Source of the DNA: Mayamaea pseudoterrestris
Taxonomy: Eukaryota
Length of the DNA: 64,000 nt
Direction of reading: 5' to 3'
Assembly: GCA_027923505.1 (NCBI GenBank)
Contig: BROI01000015.1
Location: 558,001 to 622,000, forward strand
Shown here: positions 1 through 9,638 of the stretch, one piece after another
Position numbering within the stretch: position 1 is the first letter of the stretch
How the letters are laid out: each line of letters starts with the position of its first letter
Program-made: the position numbers and the translations under genes
The notes under the pieces: generated by a model
The model's database searches: none
The model's input: the letters and a program-made list of their open reading frames with translations, nothing else
Told to the model about the DNA's origin: nothing

Positions 1-1213
1 TCAATTTTGTTTCTTTGATGAAGCTTCCTTCCTTACCGCCATGAAGAGGCTTGCGAGGTCTACGTTGGTCTTCCACTTTGACGACCACCATATGCCCTGC
101 GAGCTTGCCATCATTGCAGGGGACAGCTTGTGTCATGTCCAGCTCCCTAGTATCTACAACATCTTCCTCATCTTCGCAACCGTCGACCACTTGGAATTTA
201 AATCGCTGAATTTTCTTTTCATGAATGACTTCCGATACTGGTGGCGTATGTCGCTTGTCGTCAACAGCCCCCGTTTTGTTAAAGCTAGCCTCTGCTTTAC
301 GAGAACGAAAGAGATGCGCAATCCTCAAGCGCTTCTTCTTGACTTGCACGACGCCATCTTTCCTCTGCCGCGGTGAGTCATCTAAAGGTCCATCAAGAAT
401 CTCATTTAGCGAACTCATAGACATCAAATCAAAGCAATCCGACTTGCTGCCGGCAATATTTTTCGCGGAGGGCAACTCGAATGTGTTGTTGAAACCCAGC
501 GTACTAATGTCTTGGTCGTCTTGATGCTCAGTATTGACGGTGGCCAGATCCAATCCTTCATTTAGAGCGAACACGCTCGACGGAAGGAGCACACGAAAGC
601 CCTTCCAAACGTTAGCGTCCGACACCTCAACTGACTCCAACGACATGATGACATGCTCACGCGCCTGTTTCTGGTCACTAGTTTGGGTATCCATACCCAA
701 GAGAAATCGCGCTTGATTCGCTAGCTCAAACGCCGATTCTGCCAATTGCAATCGCTGCTCGGGTTTGGTACTGGCGATGGCTCGGGTGAGCATGCTTGTG
801 GCAGCTTGCGCCTTTCGTTCTGCCTGCTTGCGCTTGTCTTCGTCAGCATTTGTTGTACTCAGCAAAGGAATAGACGTCGCGTTGACTCTTATATCGCCAC
901 CGTTGCTACTGCTCTCATTCAAAAGGAGAATTTTGGCCTTGTGCTTTTGCGTCTTCTTAGCGCTGTCGTTGGATGGAGAAGCAATCTTCCATACGGACCG
1001 TCGTGGTGTGTCTTCAACCCAGAGAGCCTCCTGTCCCATTTCTTGCGGTGAAATTGGCATGATGTATTGGTCCGGTGTTTGCAACGCTTCGTCTTGTCTT
1101 GTCTCTTCCTCGGCCTCTTTCAACTGCACCTCATCGACGACTTCGACAAAGAGTTTGCTATCCGTATGCAAGACAGTGGTGGGAAAAACTGCTTGTTCGC
1201 AACTTTCCGTCAT
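1..1213 (-). CDS. Hypothetical protein, 5' part; runs off the left window edge
   Basis: Manual translation from ATG 1213 (MTESCEQAVFPTT...) stays open to position 1 (about 404 codons). Absent from the ORF track because it has no stop in the window; charged, low-complexity sequence. Confidence 0.7.
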   Translation of the reverse strand, partial: MTESCEQAVFPTTVLHTDSKLFVEVVDEVQLKEAEEETRQDEALQTPDQYIMPISPQEMGQEALWVEDTPRRSVWKIASPSNDSAKKTQKHKAKILLLNESSSNGGDIRVNATSIPLLSTTNADEDKRKQAERKAQAATSMLTRAIASTKPEQRLQLAESAFELANQARFLLGMDTQTSDQKQAREHVIMSLESVEVSDANVWKGFRVLLPSSVFALNEGLDLATVNTEHQDDQDISTLGFNNTFELPSAKNIAGSKSDCFDLMSMSSLNEILDGPLDDSPRQRKDGVVQVKKKRLRIAHLFRSRKAEASFNKTGAVDDKRHTPPVSEVIHEKKIQRFKFQVVDGCEDEEDVVDTRELDMTQAVPCNDGKLAGHMVVVKVEDQRRPRKPLHGGKEGSFIKETKL

Positions 1214-1941
1214 CTCGTTCAGCGCACCAGAAGCTTTCAACGATTAAAACTGCTCTACTTGAAAGCTATACACACGCTGGCACGAGACTTTACTTGTCGG
1301 GTGCTTGAGATGCGCGATGCTCGATGCGCGGAAATTGTGGTCTAAAATGGGCGAGGAAGTGCGATGGGTATCCTTGTGGATCTCCCTCCGCGTGAACGAG
1401 CGAGCCGATAGTCGCGCCGGCCGACTCAGAAGGTGCTACCGGTACGACTACGACAAAAAAGTTGCCCACACTACAATTATCGCGCGATTGCTTATGTACT
1501 AACTGTCTAACTGTAAAGGTACGGTCATCACAGATCATCGGATATGTACATCTAAGACGTTGACCGCAGCTACAAAAAAGGTGATGCTCTCGTGGTCTAC
1601 TGCATGAACCTCGGATTTAAGTGGTCGGACAACGTGACGCACATTGTGCCCGGCCGCTCTCGATTGACATTCGGATAAAGAATTGACGGCAATATTCTTC
1701 GTGTCATTCGAGAATCGATGTTGCCTACTGGCGTATTTACAATGGCCCGATGAAGGTGCGTCAGTCATTTTTGACTTTCGTGGGTCACGGACGCGGAGTT
1801 ACCCGGCATATCTTGGGTCACGTTGTCAGCCTTTGCAACGAAGTTGCCCTCGTCCCTCGTCAAGAAACACTTTTGACGCTCTTTGAAAACAGACCAAGAG
1901 AATTTGTTGGCAAGAGAAGGCAGCGCGCAATTGATGGATAG

Positions 1942-2814
1942 ATGGAGACTCGATACAACAACCTCGAAGCTGACGCAGGTCCAAGCGAGAGCGACGAATC
2001 ATTCGAAATGTCGACAGGGGTCGATTTTTATTTGCGTGACGGTCAAGGCAACGGCAACTCTGATTCTGGTCGCAGTCTTAGCAACAATTGCAACCCCATG
2101 CACGGCGACATGGCAACAGAATATGCTTCCGCTCCTCCATCCCATGACGAGCGCACGGTCGTCAGCACCCATTCCACTAAAGGTACGGGTACGGACGAAC
2201 GCCCCATGAAGCGCATCCGACTGCAACATGCGCACGATTCGTCACTCCATCGAGCCTGCTGCAGGTCCGACGTGACAGTTGATGATCTTGCTCAGCTGCT
2301 TCTACAAGATCCATCTTCAGTAACTCGCCAAGTTCGATTAGTGTCACCCAAGATGGTGTTCAACCCATTCACGTACAAAGTTGAGCAAAGAGTAGTGGCT
2401 GAGCCATTCAAGTACGCTTTGAATCTAGCCATTCATCATGGAGCTAGCTTTGATGTTATTGAGATGCTAATGATTGCAGACCCATCCGTTCTTCTAAAGT
2501 GTGACGGCCTCCAGTGCGAGTCATCCCTTCTAATCCTTCTCAAGCGTTCGCCCAGCTCCTGCATGAAGGTTGACTTGCTGCTACAACAAGATCCCCGCTG
2601 CGCATCACTCACCGATCGGCATCAGAATACGGCGTTGCATGTTGCATGTTTTTCCGGAGCTTCCATGGAGGTTATAAGTCACTTGTGTTGCATTCATCGA
2701 GCTGCCATTGGGATGCGTGACTTTCATGGACGAACTCCTTTGCAAGTTGCGCAGAACCGCATCTCATCCTGCTCGGACGAAATTGTCCAGTTCTTGTGGT
2801 CGATGTCAGGTTGA
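1942..2814 (+). CDS. Ankyrin-repeat protein (diatom-type)
   Basis: 290-aa ORF with ankyrin-like motifs SLHRACC, YALNLAIHHGA, NTALHVACFSGAS and GRTPLQVA. Confidence 0.8.
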   Translation: METRYNNLEADAGPSESDESFEMSTGVDFYLRDGQGNGNSDSGRSLSNNCNPMHGDMATEYASAPPSHDERTVVSTHSTKGTGTDERPMKRIRLQHAHDSSLHRACCRSDVTVDDLAQLLLQDPSSVTRQVRLVSPKMVFNPFTYKVEQRVVAEPFKYALNLAIHHGASFDVIEMLMIADPSVLLKCDGLQCESSLLILLKRSPSSCMKVDLLLQQDPRCASLTDRHQNTALHVACFSGASMEVISHLCCIHRAAIGMRDFHGRTPLQVAQNRISSCSDEIVQFLWSMSG

Positions 2815-2993
2815 CAGATACAGTACTGCATTGTGCATTCGGTTGTATGACAGTTAACGATACTACGACCATACGTTTTCATTCCACTCAATCTGGTGGC
2901 ATTTCATTTGAACACGGCTACTACTTGATCCATTGACATTAAATAGCGTCGCTAGCAACTTGTAAGTAATCAAATTAGTACACCGTAGCGCAC

Positions 2994-4024
2994 TTACACC
3001 TTGTACTTGACTGCTTCTCGATCAAAGGCCTGGACAACTCGCTCCAAACCAACTGTATACGGGTGCTGCGGAAACTTGGACTGCAGCTCCAGCACCACCG
3101 CCGTTGCAGGCTTGGCTTGCTGCATACTGCAGCAAATCAAATTGATCAACGTGTCTGGCATTGTTTTAAACTCGGCAAAATCCTTGATGCATTCCTGAAG
3201 TTTGAATTCGGCTCCAGCGTAGTCGTCGTGTTGCATCAACGCGCAAGCAACTAAATTGAGAAGCAATGGGGAAGGTCCATACTGCTCTGAAAGCATACTG
3301 AGCGAATGCACGGCATCGGCTGCTCCCGTTGACCCACTCGCAATGTTCACGTATACGCTACCCAATTGCGTCAATACGGAATCCTCGTCGCTGGAACGAA
3401 GCCGCGAGAGTTGCTGACGAGCCAAATCAAGGCGATCAATACGAAGGTAAATCTGAAGTGACATGAGTCCATGCTCCATGGTGATGCTGCTTGTAGCAGT
3501 AGTCGCAGCTGCAGCATTGACACACTGGAGAGCCGCCTTGACTTGGCCGGCTGTCAAAAGCATGTGGCTGGCAGTGAGCTGAACGCTGGCATCGTTGCTG
3601 TGCGAGCCTGCAAGTGACTTAATACTGTCAAGCAGAGGCGCCTGCGCGGCTTCATTTCCCGAGGCAGCATCAAATTGCGCCTTAATACCTAAAACCTGCA
3701 GGCCTGAAAAGGAGATAAGGAGGGGTGATTTGCGAGTCAGCTTGATGAGTGCGCAAATAAATGAATCACCAATAGTTCTAACTAAAACTTTGCAATTCAT
3801 TCTCAACATAAATAGATAACATACCTGGCGTACTTCCTTTAAGACCAGAGTAGTTTCCAAGAGCCAAATCGGCTCGCGCAAGGAACTCTTCACGCTCTTT
3901 CTTCTTCCTTCAAAGCCGGACTCTCGGGTCGACGAGCGACGGATTTGGCCTCCTCGACGGCTAGGCCATAGTGACCTAGCCAAAACTGTGCTCGGAGAGT
4001 GTAGAGCTCATCAGGTTCCGACAT
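2994..4024 (-). CDS. COPE: Coatomer subunit epsilon; exons 4024-3825 and 3703-2994; exon 1 has an apparent 1-nt frameshift
   Basis: N-terminus MSEPDELYTLRAQFWLGHY from ATG 4024; GT..AG intron 3824-3704; exon 2 has QIYLRIDRLDLARQQL, DEDSVLTQL, PDTLINLI and FPQHPY, typical of epsilon-COP. Confidence 0.9.
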
Positions 4025-4097
4025 ACTTTTGATAATATGGAAAGTCGTTATAGAAGGCAAGGTTGCTGCAGCGATGTGGGCGGATATCGGATATCGT

Positions 4098-4321
4098 TGA
4101 AGTACCTATCGTAGGATGATATGTAAATGGAAATTATGATGGTATTTTAAAAGACTGCAATTGAAGATTGCCTCCATGGCGAGCCATCGCTTTAAAAGAG
4201 CGAGGATCGCAGATGTCGCAACAGGATCGCCCCTTCGCTAATACCCGACGGGCGTGTCCGTTGACTGTCCGGCTCGCCGTTGAGGCTGGGCCGGTGCATG
4301 TGAATCGTGTCAGATAGCACA
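4098..4321 (-). repeat. 3' LTR (224 bp, TG...CA on the minus strand)
   Basis: Minus strand begins TGTGCTATC directly after the purine tract GGGAGAG and ends GGTACTTCA. The roughly 60 bp from 4098 is nearly identical to the sequence from 9104. Confidence 0.85.
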
Positions 4322-4331
4322 CTCTCCCACA
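4322..4331 (-). other. Polypurine tract (plus-strand primer)
   Basis: Minus strand reads ...TGTGGGAGAG immediately before the LTR-start TG. Confidence 0.7.
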
Positions 4332-4467
4332 CTAAGAGCGACCATGAGGGTAGCTGGGGTAAAATGTCTTCCTTCTTGTTTGTAAAGTGGCAGCGGCCTT
4401 CCTGTCGCACAGGGTGCCGTAATTTAGCTCGATCTTGGTAGATTGAAGCAAGGGAGCTGCGCAAACC

Positions 4468-7400
4468 TTAGACGTCTTGCTGGTACGGCTTGATACGTCG
4501 AATATTAACTCGGTCAGTCACCATAGGCGAGAGGCGAATGGTAACCGTTCCATTAACGTGGACTTGTTCAATTGAATAAGGACCGATCCATCGTTCTTCG
4601 AGCTTGTTAGGGTCGTATACCTTCTTGAGGATCTGCTCGTCAACTTTAAAGTCATGAGTCAGTCTCGAACGGTTCGCTTGGAGCAAACGTTCATTGACAA
4701 TCGCTTCTCGTTTAACAGAGATAGCTAGAATGTCGGCAACCAAAGGTATATCCAGAAACATGTCGCGTTGAAAGACGACGGCGCCGGGAGAAAGGTTATC
4801 AAGAGCTCCACTTGATACAACTCGTGTTGCATGCATTGCTGTCGCGAGGCATTGATCGATTATATCGTCAGCTTCCATCAAATCCTCGGGCGGATGAGCG
4901 TGTACAAGTGTACGAAGCACGTTGCCAATAACGAGGTGACAGCGCTCGCAAATGCTGTTAGCAGTGGGCGTCTTGGCCGAAGCGGCATGCCATTCAATCC
5001 CATTGTGTTCAAGGATGGTTCCAAATGCTCCTTTAAACTCACTGCCTTGGTCGGCAACGAGTCGCATTGGTCGAGGATAGCGAGAGAGCCAGTTGTCTTC
5101 AAAGAGACGGCCGATATGATACGCCGACTTGTCCTGATAGCGAACAATTTCGACAAGGTTAGTAACTGGGTCAATCATCGTTAACGCTCTGAAATAACAG
5201 TCAATGCCGTTCACTGATACTTTCCATGGGCCGATGAGGTCAACGTGGACTTCATACCAAGGAGCGACGCGCACGTCTCTCGCTGGCAGCTCTCCATATT
5301 GGCGACTGCCTCCTTTGTTGCGTTGGCAAGTATCGCAAGCACCAACAAGATGCTCGACGCGCTGCTTGAGCTTAGGATGGTAAAAGTGCTGTTTGATGCT
5401 CGTTGTGAGGAGAGTCATTCCAGCGTGGGCCATTGAGAGGTGGTACCAAAGAATCAAGCGATCGAGGATCGCACTGGGGATGCAGATTCGCCAGCGTTCG
5501 TCTGCTTGGAATACAACAATCTGAACGTCTCCAAGTTGTTTGTATTGTATGGTTGTCGCGTCTTGGTTTTGGACTGCGGCCATTAGCGTTGCATCTTCTT
5601 GTTGATACTCTGCAATGGTTGAATACGACAGGGGATATCGCCCTTGTTCGTCGAACTCCGGATGGAGGAGCAGGCACTCTGCAAGCTCTGGTTCGTCCCG
5701 TAGGAGACAGTAACCTTCATTAGCAATTGATAGCTCTTCAATTTGCCTTTCCCCATGGTCGTTTGTTGTTGATTCAATTGAATGTGCAAGAACGCCGCCA
5801 TCGTGATGGCCATCGTTGACACCGTGTAAGTTGTCATCGTGATGGGTATGTCGCATGGGCACTGCTGCCTCTTGCGCTTCCTTTTGTCGGGCATCCTGTT
5901 GTTGCTTTAAAACATCAACAGGGCTCTCCCCCACTAGAGAGGTTTCCCTTGCCGTTGGAACCCTTGAAAGAGCATCTGCAACAGTGTTAAGCTCCCCTTT
6001 GAGATAAAGGAACTCGGGACCGAATTCCTCCAAGTACAGACGCCAGCGAAGGACGCGCTGCGTTTGGAAAGCGGTCAACTCGTGGGTGAGATTCTTATGA
6101 TCCGTATGGATTTGCAAGCGCGCACCAAGCAGCATCGAACGAAACGTTTTGAGCGTTTCAACAATACTTAGCAATTCCTTTTCAATGGTGGTATAATTGA
6201 CTTGGGCGCTGTTGAGCTTGCGCGAAAAGTAAGCGACCGGCACGCCATCTTGAAGGATGACGGCGCCGAGTTGATAATCAGACGCATCCGTTTTAATGAC
6301 GAATGGCTTGTTATGATCAGGATAACGAAGAAGAACATCGCTTGCTGCAACTGCTTTCATTTCTTCGAACGCCTTTTGTTGAGGCGCGCCCCATTGAAAG
6401 GACTTTTTGCCGACGAGATTCGTCAAAGGAGCAAGCATGTGCGACCGTCGCGGCCACATGGTTCGATAGTATGTAACAAGACCAAGGAATGAGCGCAACT
6501 GCTTGAGATTAGTAGGAGGCTTCATATCCACAATTGCTTGGACTTTCTTGGGCCAGGGTTTGAGTCCTGTCGGCGTGAGCCAGTACCCAAGCCAGTCGGT
6601 TTCCTTGACGCCCCATTCGCACTTGCTTGGATTGATTGTAAAGCCGCTATCCTCGAGTCGCTTTAAAACAGACTCTAACAGCGTTAAATGCTCCTTCCAA
6701 GTGTCGCTAAAGCAGCCGACGTCATCAAGGTACTTTTCAACGTCGCGCAACCCTTGTAAAACCTTCTCCATCACCTCTTGAGCAATATCGGGGGCTTGAT
6801 TGACGCCCATTGGCAAACGCAAGTATCGAAACAAACCGAACGGCGTTGCAATTGTACAGAGCTCGCTGCTTTCCTTGTCCAACTGGAAGGTATAATACTG
6901 CATTGAAATATCAAGCTTGGTAAAGAACTTGTATCCGCTGCGCCTCGCCAGCAGTTCATGGATCCGCGGCATCGGGAACGTGCGCCTCTTGATTACTTTG
7001 TTCAATGCTCTAAAGTCAGAGACAAAGCGTACAGTCTTGTCCTTCTTTGGTATAATAAAGGTGGGCGCCGCCCATTCGCTGCGGCCGCAAGGCTCAAGTA
7101 CACCGAGTTCGACGAGTCGATCGAGCTCTTCCTTGAAGGTTTGCTCATGCACTCGAGGCACTGGATAATGTCTTTTATGAACTGGTTTAGCTTGTGGATC
7201 AATGTCAATGTGGACTAGCTCGTGTGGGTATTTGCCAAGCTTGCCTGAAAAGAGAGCGGGAAAGCGTCGTAAGAGACGTTTTAAATCGGTACGTTGCTCC
7301 TCATTTAAATGAGTTGATTGATCGGCAACCTCGTCTGTCGACACTTTGTTATACTTAGCTGATAAAATCTCCTCGCTTGTATGCAGGTCTGGTTCAGTAT

Positions 7401-7953
7401 CAGAGAATAGAACAAACCGCTCAATCAAAGAGTCTCTGATTTGTTTTGGCCGATTGCTCAAATCCTCCATCGTCACCATTGGAGTCGATTGATTACCCCA
7501 ATTGATTTGTTTGTCTCCAAAGTCAATGGTCAATCCGAGCGCCGTTAAGACGTCTCGCCCCAGCAGCATGTCGTATCTGATATCCTGTTGGAAGACTCGC
7601 ACGGGGAAGTTGCCGATCCTTTTTGAAGTGCTAAACTCGGGAAGGAACGACTCGGCAAAATCAATCTTGGTAGAGCTTTCCAGTTTGCCAACTGCAGTTT
7701 GTGATATTAAACGTGGCGCTTTGCACTGAGGCAATCCATGTGCCGCTCTTTGGCTAATCCAACTTGTCGAGGCTCCTGAGTCGCAAAGGGCGGTAAGCGT
7801 GCGTTTGCAACGACTGCCATTAGCTTTACCAACGACCATAAGTACAACAGGAATGTAATCCGTAACTTTGTCGCTAGTAGCTTGTTGATTAACTTCGTCC
7901 GCTACAAGAGCGTCTTCCGTCGCACTGGCTGCCGCTGAGACCGCCGCCGTATC
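4468..7953 (-). CDS. pol: Retrotransposon Pol (aspartic protease, RT, RNase H, integrase)
   Basis: Protease LCDSGAS; RT KLDISMQY and YLDD; RNase H TDASDYQLGAVI; integrase HHCC (HLSMAH...CDTC), D-D-E (VHVDLIG, ADQGSEF, ICERCH) and GPY motif. The frame is open from 7953, directly after the gag stop. Confidence 0.95.
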   Translation of the reverse strand, partial: DTAAVSAAASATEDALVADEVNQQATSDKVTDYIPVVLMVVGKANGSRCKRTLTALCDSGASTSWISQRAAHGLPQCKAPRLISQTAVGKLESSTKIDFAESFLPEFSTSKRIGNFPVRVFQQDIRYDMLLGRDVLTALGLTIDFGDKQINWGNQSTPMVTMEDLSNRPKQIRDSLIERFVLFSDTEPDLHTSEEILSAKYNKVSTDEVADQSTHLNEEQRTDLKRLLRRFPALFSGKLGKYPHELVHIDIDPQAKPVHKRHYPVPRVHEQTFKEELDRLVELGVLEPCGRSEWAAPTFIIPKKDKTVRFVSDFRALNKVIKRRTFPMPRIHELLARRSGYKFFTKLDISMQYYTFQLDKESSELCTIATPFGLFRYLRLPMGVNQAPDIAQEVMEKVLQGLRDVEKYLDDVGCFSDTWKEHLTLLESVLKRLEDSGFTINPSKCEWGVKETDWLGYWLTPTGLKPWPKKVQAIVDMKPPTNLKQLRSFLGLVTYYRTMWPRRSHMLAPLTNLVGKKSFQWGAPQQKAFEEMKAVAASDVLLRYPDHNKPFVIKTDASDYQLGAVILQDGVPVAYFSRKLNSAQVNYTTIEKELLSIVETLKTFRSMLLGARLQIHTDHKNLTHELTAFQTQRVLRWRLYLEEFGPEFLYLKGELNTVADALSRVPTARETSLVGESPVDVLKQQQDARQKEAQEAAVPMRHTHHDDNLHGVNDGHHDGGVLAHSIESTTNDHGERQIEELSIANEGYCLLRDEPELAECLLLHPEFDEQGRYPLSYSTIAEYQQEDATLMAAVQNQDATTIQYKQLGDVQIVVFQADERWRICIPSAILDRLILWYHLSMAHAGMTLLTTSIKQHFYHPKLKQRVEHLVGACDTCQRNKGGSRQYGELPARDVRVAPWYEVHVDLIGPWKVSVNGIDCYFRALTMIDPVTNLVEIVRYQDKSAYHIGRLFEDNWLSRYPRPMRLVADQGSEFKGAFGTILEHNGIEWHAASAKTPTANSICERCHLVIGNVLRTLVHAHPPEDLMEADDIIDQCLATAMHATRVVSSGALDNLSPGAVVFQRDMFLDIPLVADILAISVKREAIVNERLLQANRSRLTHDFKVDEQILKKVYDPNKLEERWIGPYSIEQVHVNGTVTIRLSPMVTDRVNIRRIKPYQQDV

Positions 7954-9054
7954 TCATTCTTCAAAGACCGCTCCAATTGCTTGATCCCAATCAACCTCCG
8001 ACTCGCTCTCTTGCTCTTGCGCTGGCGCTGGTTCCTCTGTTGTAACATCCACTATCATGTGCTGGTCTTCATCAGCTCCTTGAGCAGCTCCGCCTCCATT
8101 GTTGCCGCCTCCATTGTTGTTTTTCTTTTTCAATTTCGACTTGTCGAGTTTGAAACCCGGCTTGTAGCGCGGGCCCTTGGGGTTGCCAAAACACTGCTCC
8201 CAAGTGTGGCCGCCATGGTATTTGCACACGTTGGCATCGTTGTTTGCTTTAAGCTTCTTGCGTGCGTTCCCGTTGCCTCCATGGTTGTTGTTTTGGCCGC
8301 CGCCGTTGCCACCGTTGCGACGCGAGCGTTTGCCGCTCCGACGGCTGCCTCCTTCGTTCGTGTCGACGGGAGTCCTGTTGCTTGCCTTTAAGTTGATCAT
8401 GTTATCCAACCAATGGGCAAACTGAATCAAAGAGAGGTCTGCAAGACGGCTCGTTAAAGATTGTTCTTCAAACTTGCTTTGCAGCCAAGTAGGAACCATC
8501 GCGAGTAGGAGATCCTTGATATCCTCGTCCGTATACTGGACGTCCGTCGGGTAAACTCCTTCGTCTTCTTGCGGCATATAAGCCATCAACTTGAACATGT
8601 TGCGCAACAAACTAATCGATTGGGTAACCGTATAGCCGTCCGGCAACTTGAGGTTCTTGAGGTACTCTTTCTGTCGACGCAAATCGTCGTCAACCACCAT
8701 GAGCTCCGAGAGGAATGCCTTGAGGGACTGATTCCACGCCACAATTGTATCGTCTGCTAGTACAGACTGGTCCCAGATATCACGAGGCGCTCCAAGGAGA
8801 CAAAGGCGAAAGGATTCCTTGCGGACCCTCATGCGATGGGCTGCCGGTCCATCAAAGGCGAGCTGCTCCATTGCACCAACCACCTCCTCGATCACTCGAA
8901 GGACTGAGACGACGTCTTCGTCACTGGCAATCTGAATCTTACGCTTGTGCTTGGATCCATCTTGCTTGGTAAACGTGAGATCTTGTTTCGGTAGCGACTC
9001 AAACTTGACGCGAGGCACCAAAGGGATCTTGACGTCGACTCCTCTAATCAACAT
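7954..9054 (-). CDS. gag: Retrotransposon Gag
   Basis: 366-aa ORF 50 nt inside the 5' LTR end; basic Gly/Asn-rich nucleocapsid-like region with a CKYHGGHTWEQC knuckle. Confidence 0.85.
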   Translation of the reverse strand: MLIRGVDVKIPLVPRVKFESLPKQDLTFTKQDGSKHKRKIQIASDEDVVSVLRVIEEVVGAMEQLAFDGPAAHRMRVRKESFRLCLLGAPRDIWDQSVLADDTIVAWNQSLKAFLSELMVVDDDLRRQKEYLKNLKLPDGYTVTQSISLLRNMFKLMAYMPQEDEGVYPTDVQYTDEDIKDLLLAMVPTWLQSKFEEQSLTSRLADLSLIQFAHWLDNMINLKASNRTPVDTNEGGSRRSGKRSRRNGGNGGGQNNNHGGNGNARKKLKANNDANVCKYHGGHTWEQCFGNPKGPRYKPGFKLDKSKLKKKNNNGGGNNGGGAAQGADEDQHMIVDVTTEEPAPAQEQESESEVDWDQAIGAVFEE

Positions 9055-9103
9055 GTTGTTTGTTTCCGTTTCCGATAGACAGTTGTCTATTTTGAATTCA
9101 AAG

Positions 9104-9230
9104 TGAAGTACCTATCGTAGGATGATATGTAAATGGAAATTATGGTGGTATTTTAAAAGACGGTTGAAGTGATGGCGAGCCATCGTTTAAAAGAGCGAGC
9201 ATGCAGATTCAACAGACCATGTGAAGCATG
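9104..9230 (-). repeat. 5' LTR, partial or degraded
   Basis: Matches the 3' LTR from TGAAGTACCTATCG for about 58 bp with 1 mismatch, then only patchily with many small deletions. Confidence 0.7.
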
Positions 9231-9638
9231 CCTACGGTTTGAAAAACGTGACATGGCGGGAGGTTTATTAGGTTGCTAGCAGAGGGCCAACGCTACCTCG
9301 GATGCAAAGTGAGACCTTCCATTATGTATCTGCGCATCATACAAAGCGACCAACAATGACAAGGATCGATGCGAGGTCATCAGGAGCAGAAGCCAGTATC
9401 TGAACAGAATGTTCATTTGAAAGAATTGTGTTGGCCTCCGCTGGGTGGCGCATCAACTATTTATTAGCATGTTGCTGGCAATAATGAGACATACCAGTCA
9501 TTAGCAGCTTAACTTGCTTTGAAATTAGATTAAAAAAATGTAGTCGAGTGACGGAAATGCTGCTTTGCATTACGTTTGTTCCCGTGCTCTGCTTGCACCC
9601 TTGTTGAATTGTCCAATGACACAAACCTGGGCCAGATC

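Larger units (their letters stand above)
4098..9230 (-). mobile_element. Ty3/gypsy (Metaviridae) LTR retrotransposon; right boundary approximate
   Basis: gag followed by pol in PR-RT-RH-INT order; direct repeats start at 4098 and 9104; polypurine tract adjoins the 3' LTR. Confidence 0.93.

Noticed and set aside
41..1345. Several plus-strand ORFs
   Set aside because: Antisense shadows of the long minus-strand ORF 1-1213 that exits the window.
3826..3983. Track N-terminus MARSLWPSRR... for COPE
   Set aside because: Wrong frame upstream of the indel, plus intron read-through; the conserved start is ATG 4024.
4098..4200. Repeat at 4098/9104 as an snRNA, snoRNA or CRISPR repeat
   Set aside because: Only two copies, flanking gag-pol with a TG/CA end and a PPT, so these are LTRs; no U-RNA motifs recognised.
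7954..7956. Selenocysteine decoding of the gag UGA
   Set aside because: No SECIS recognised and the position lies in a low-complexity linker rather than a catalytic site.
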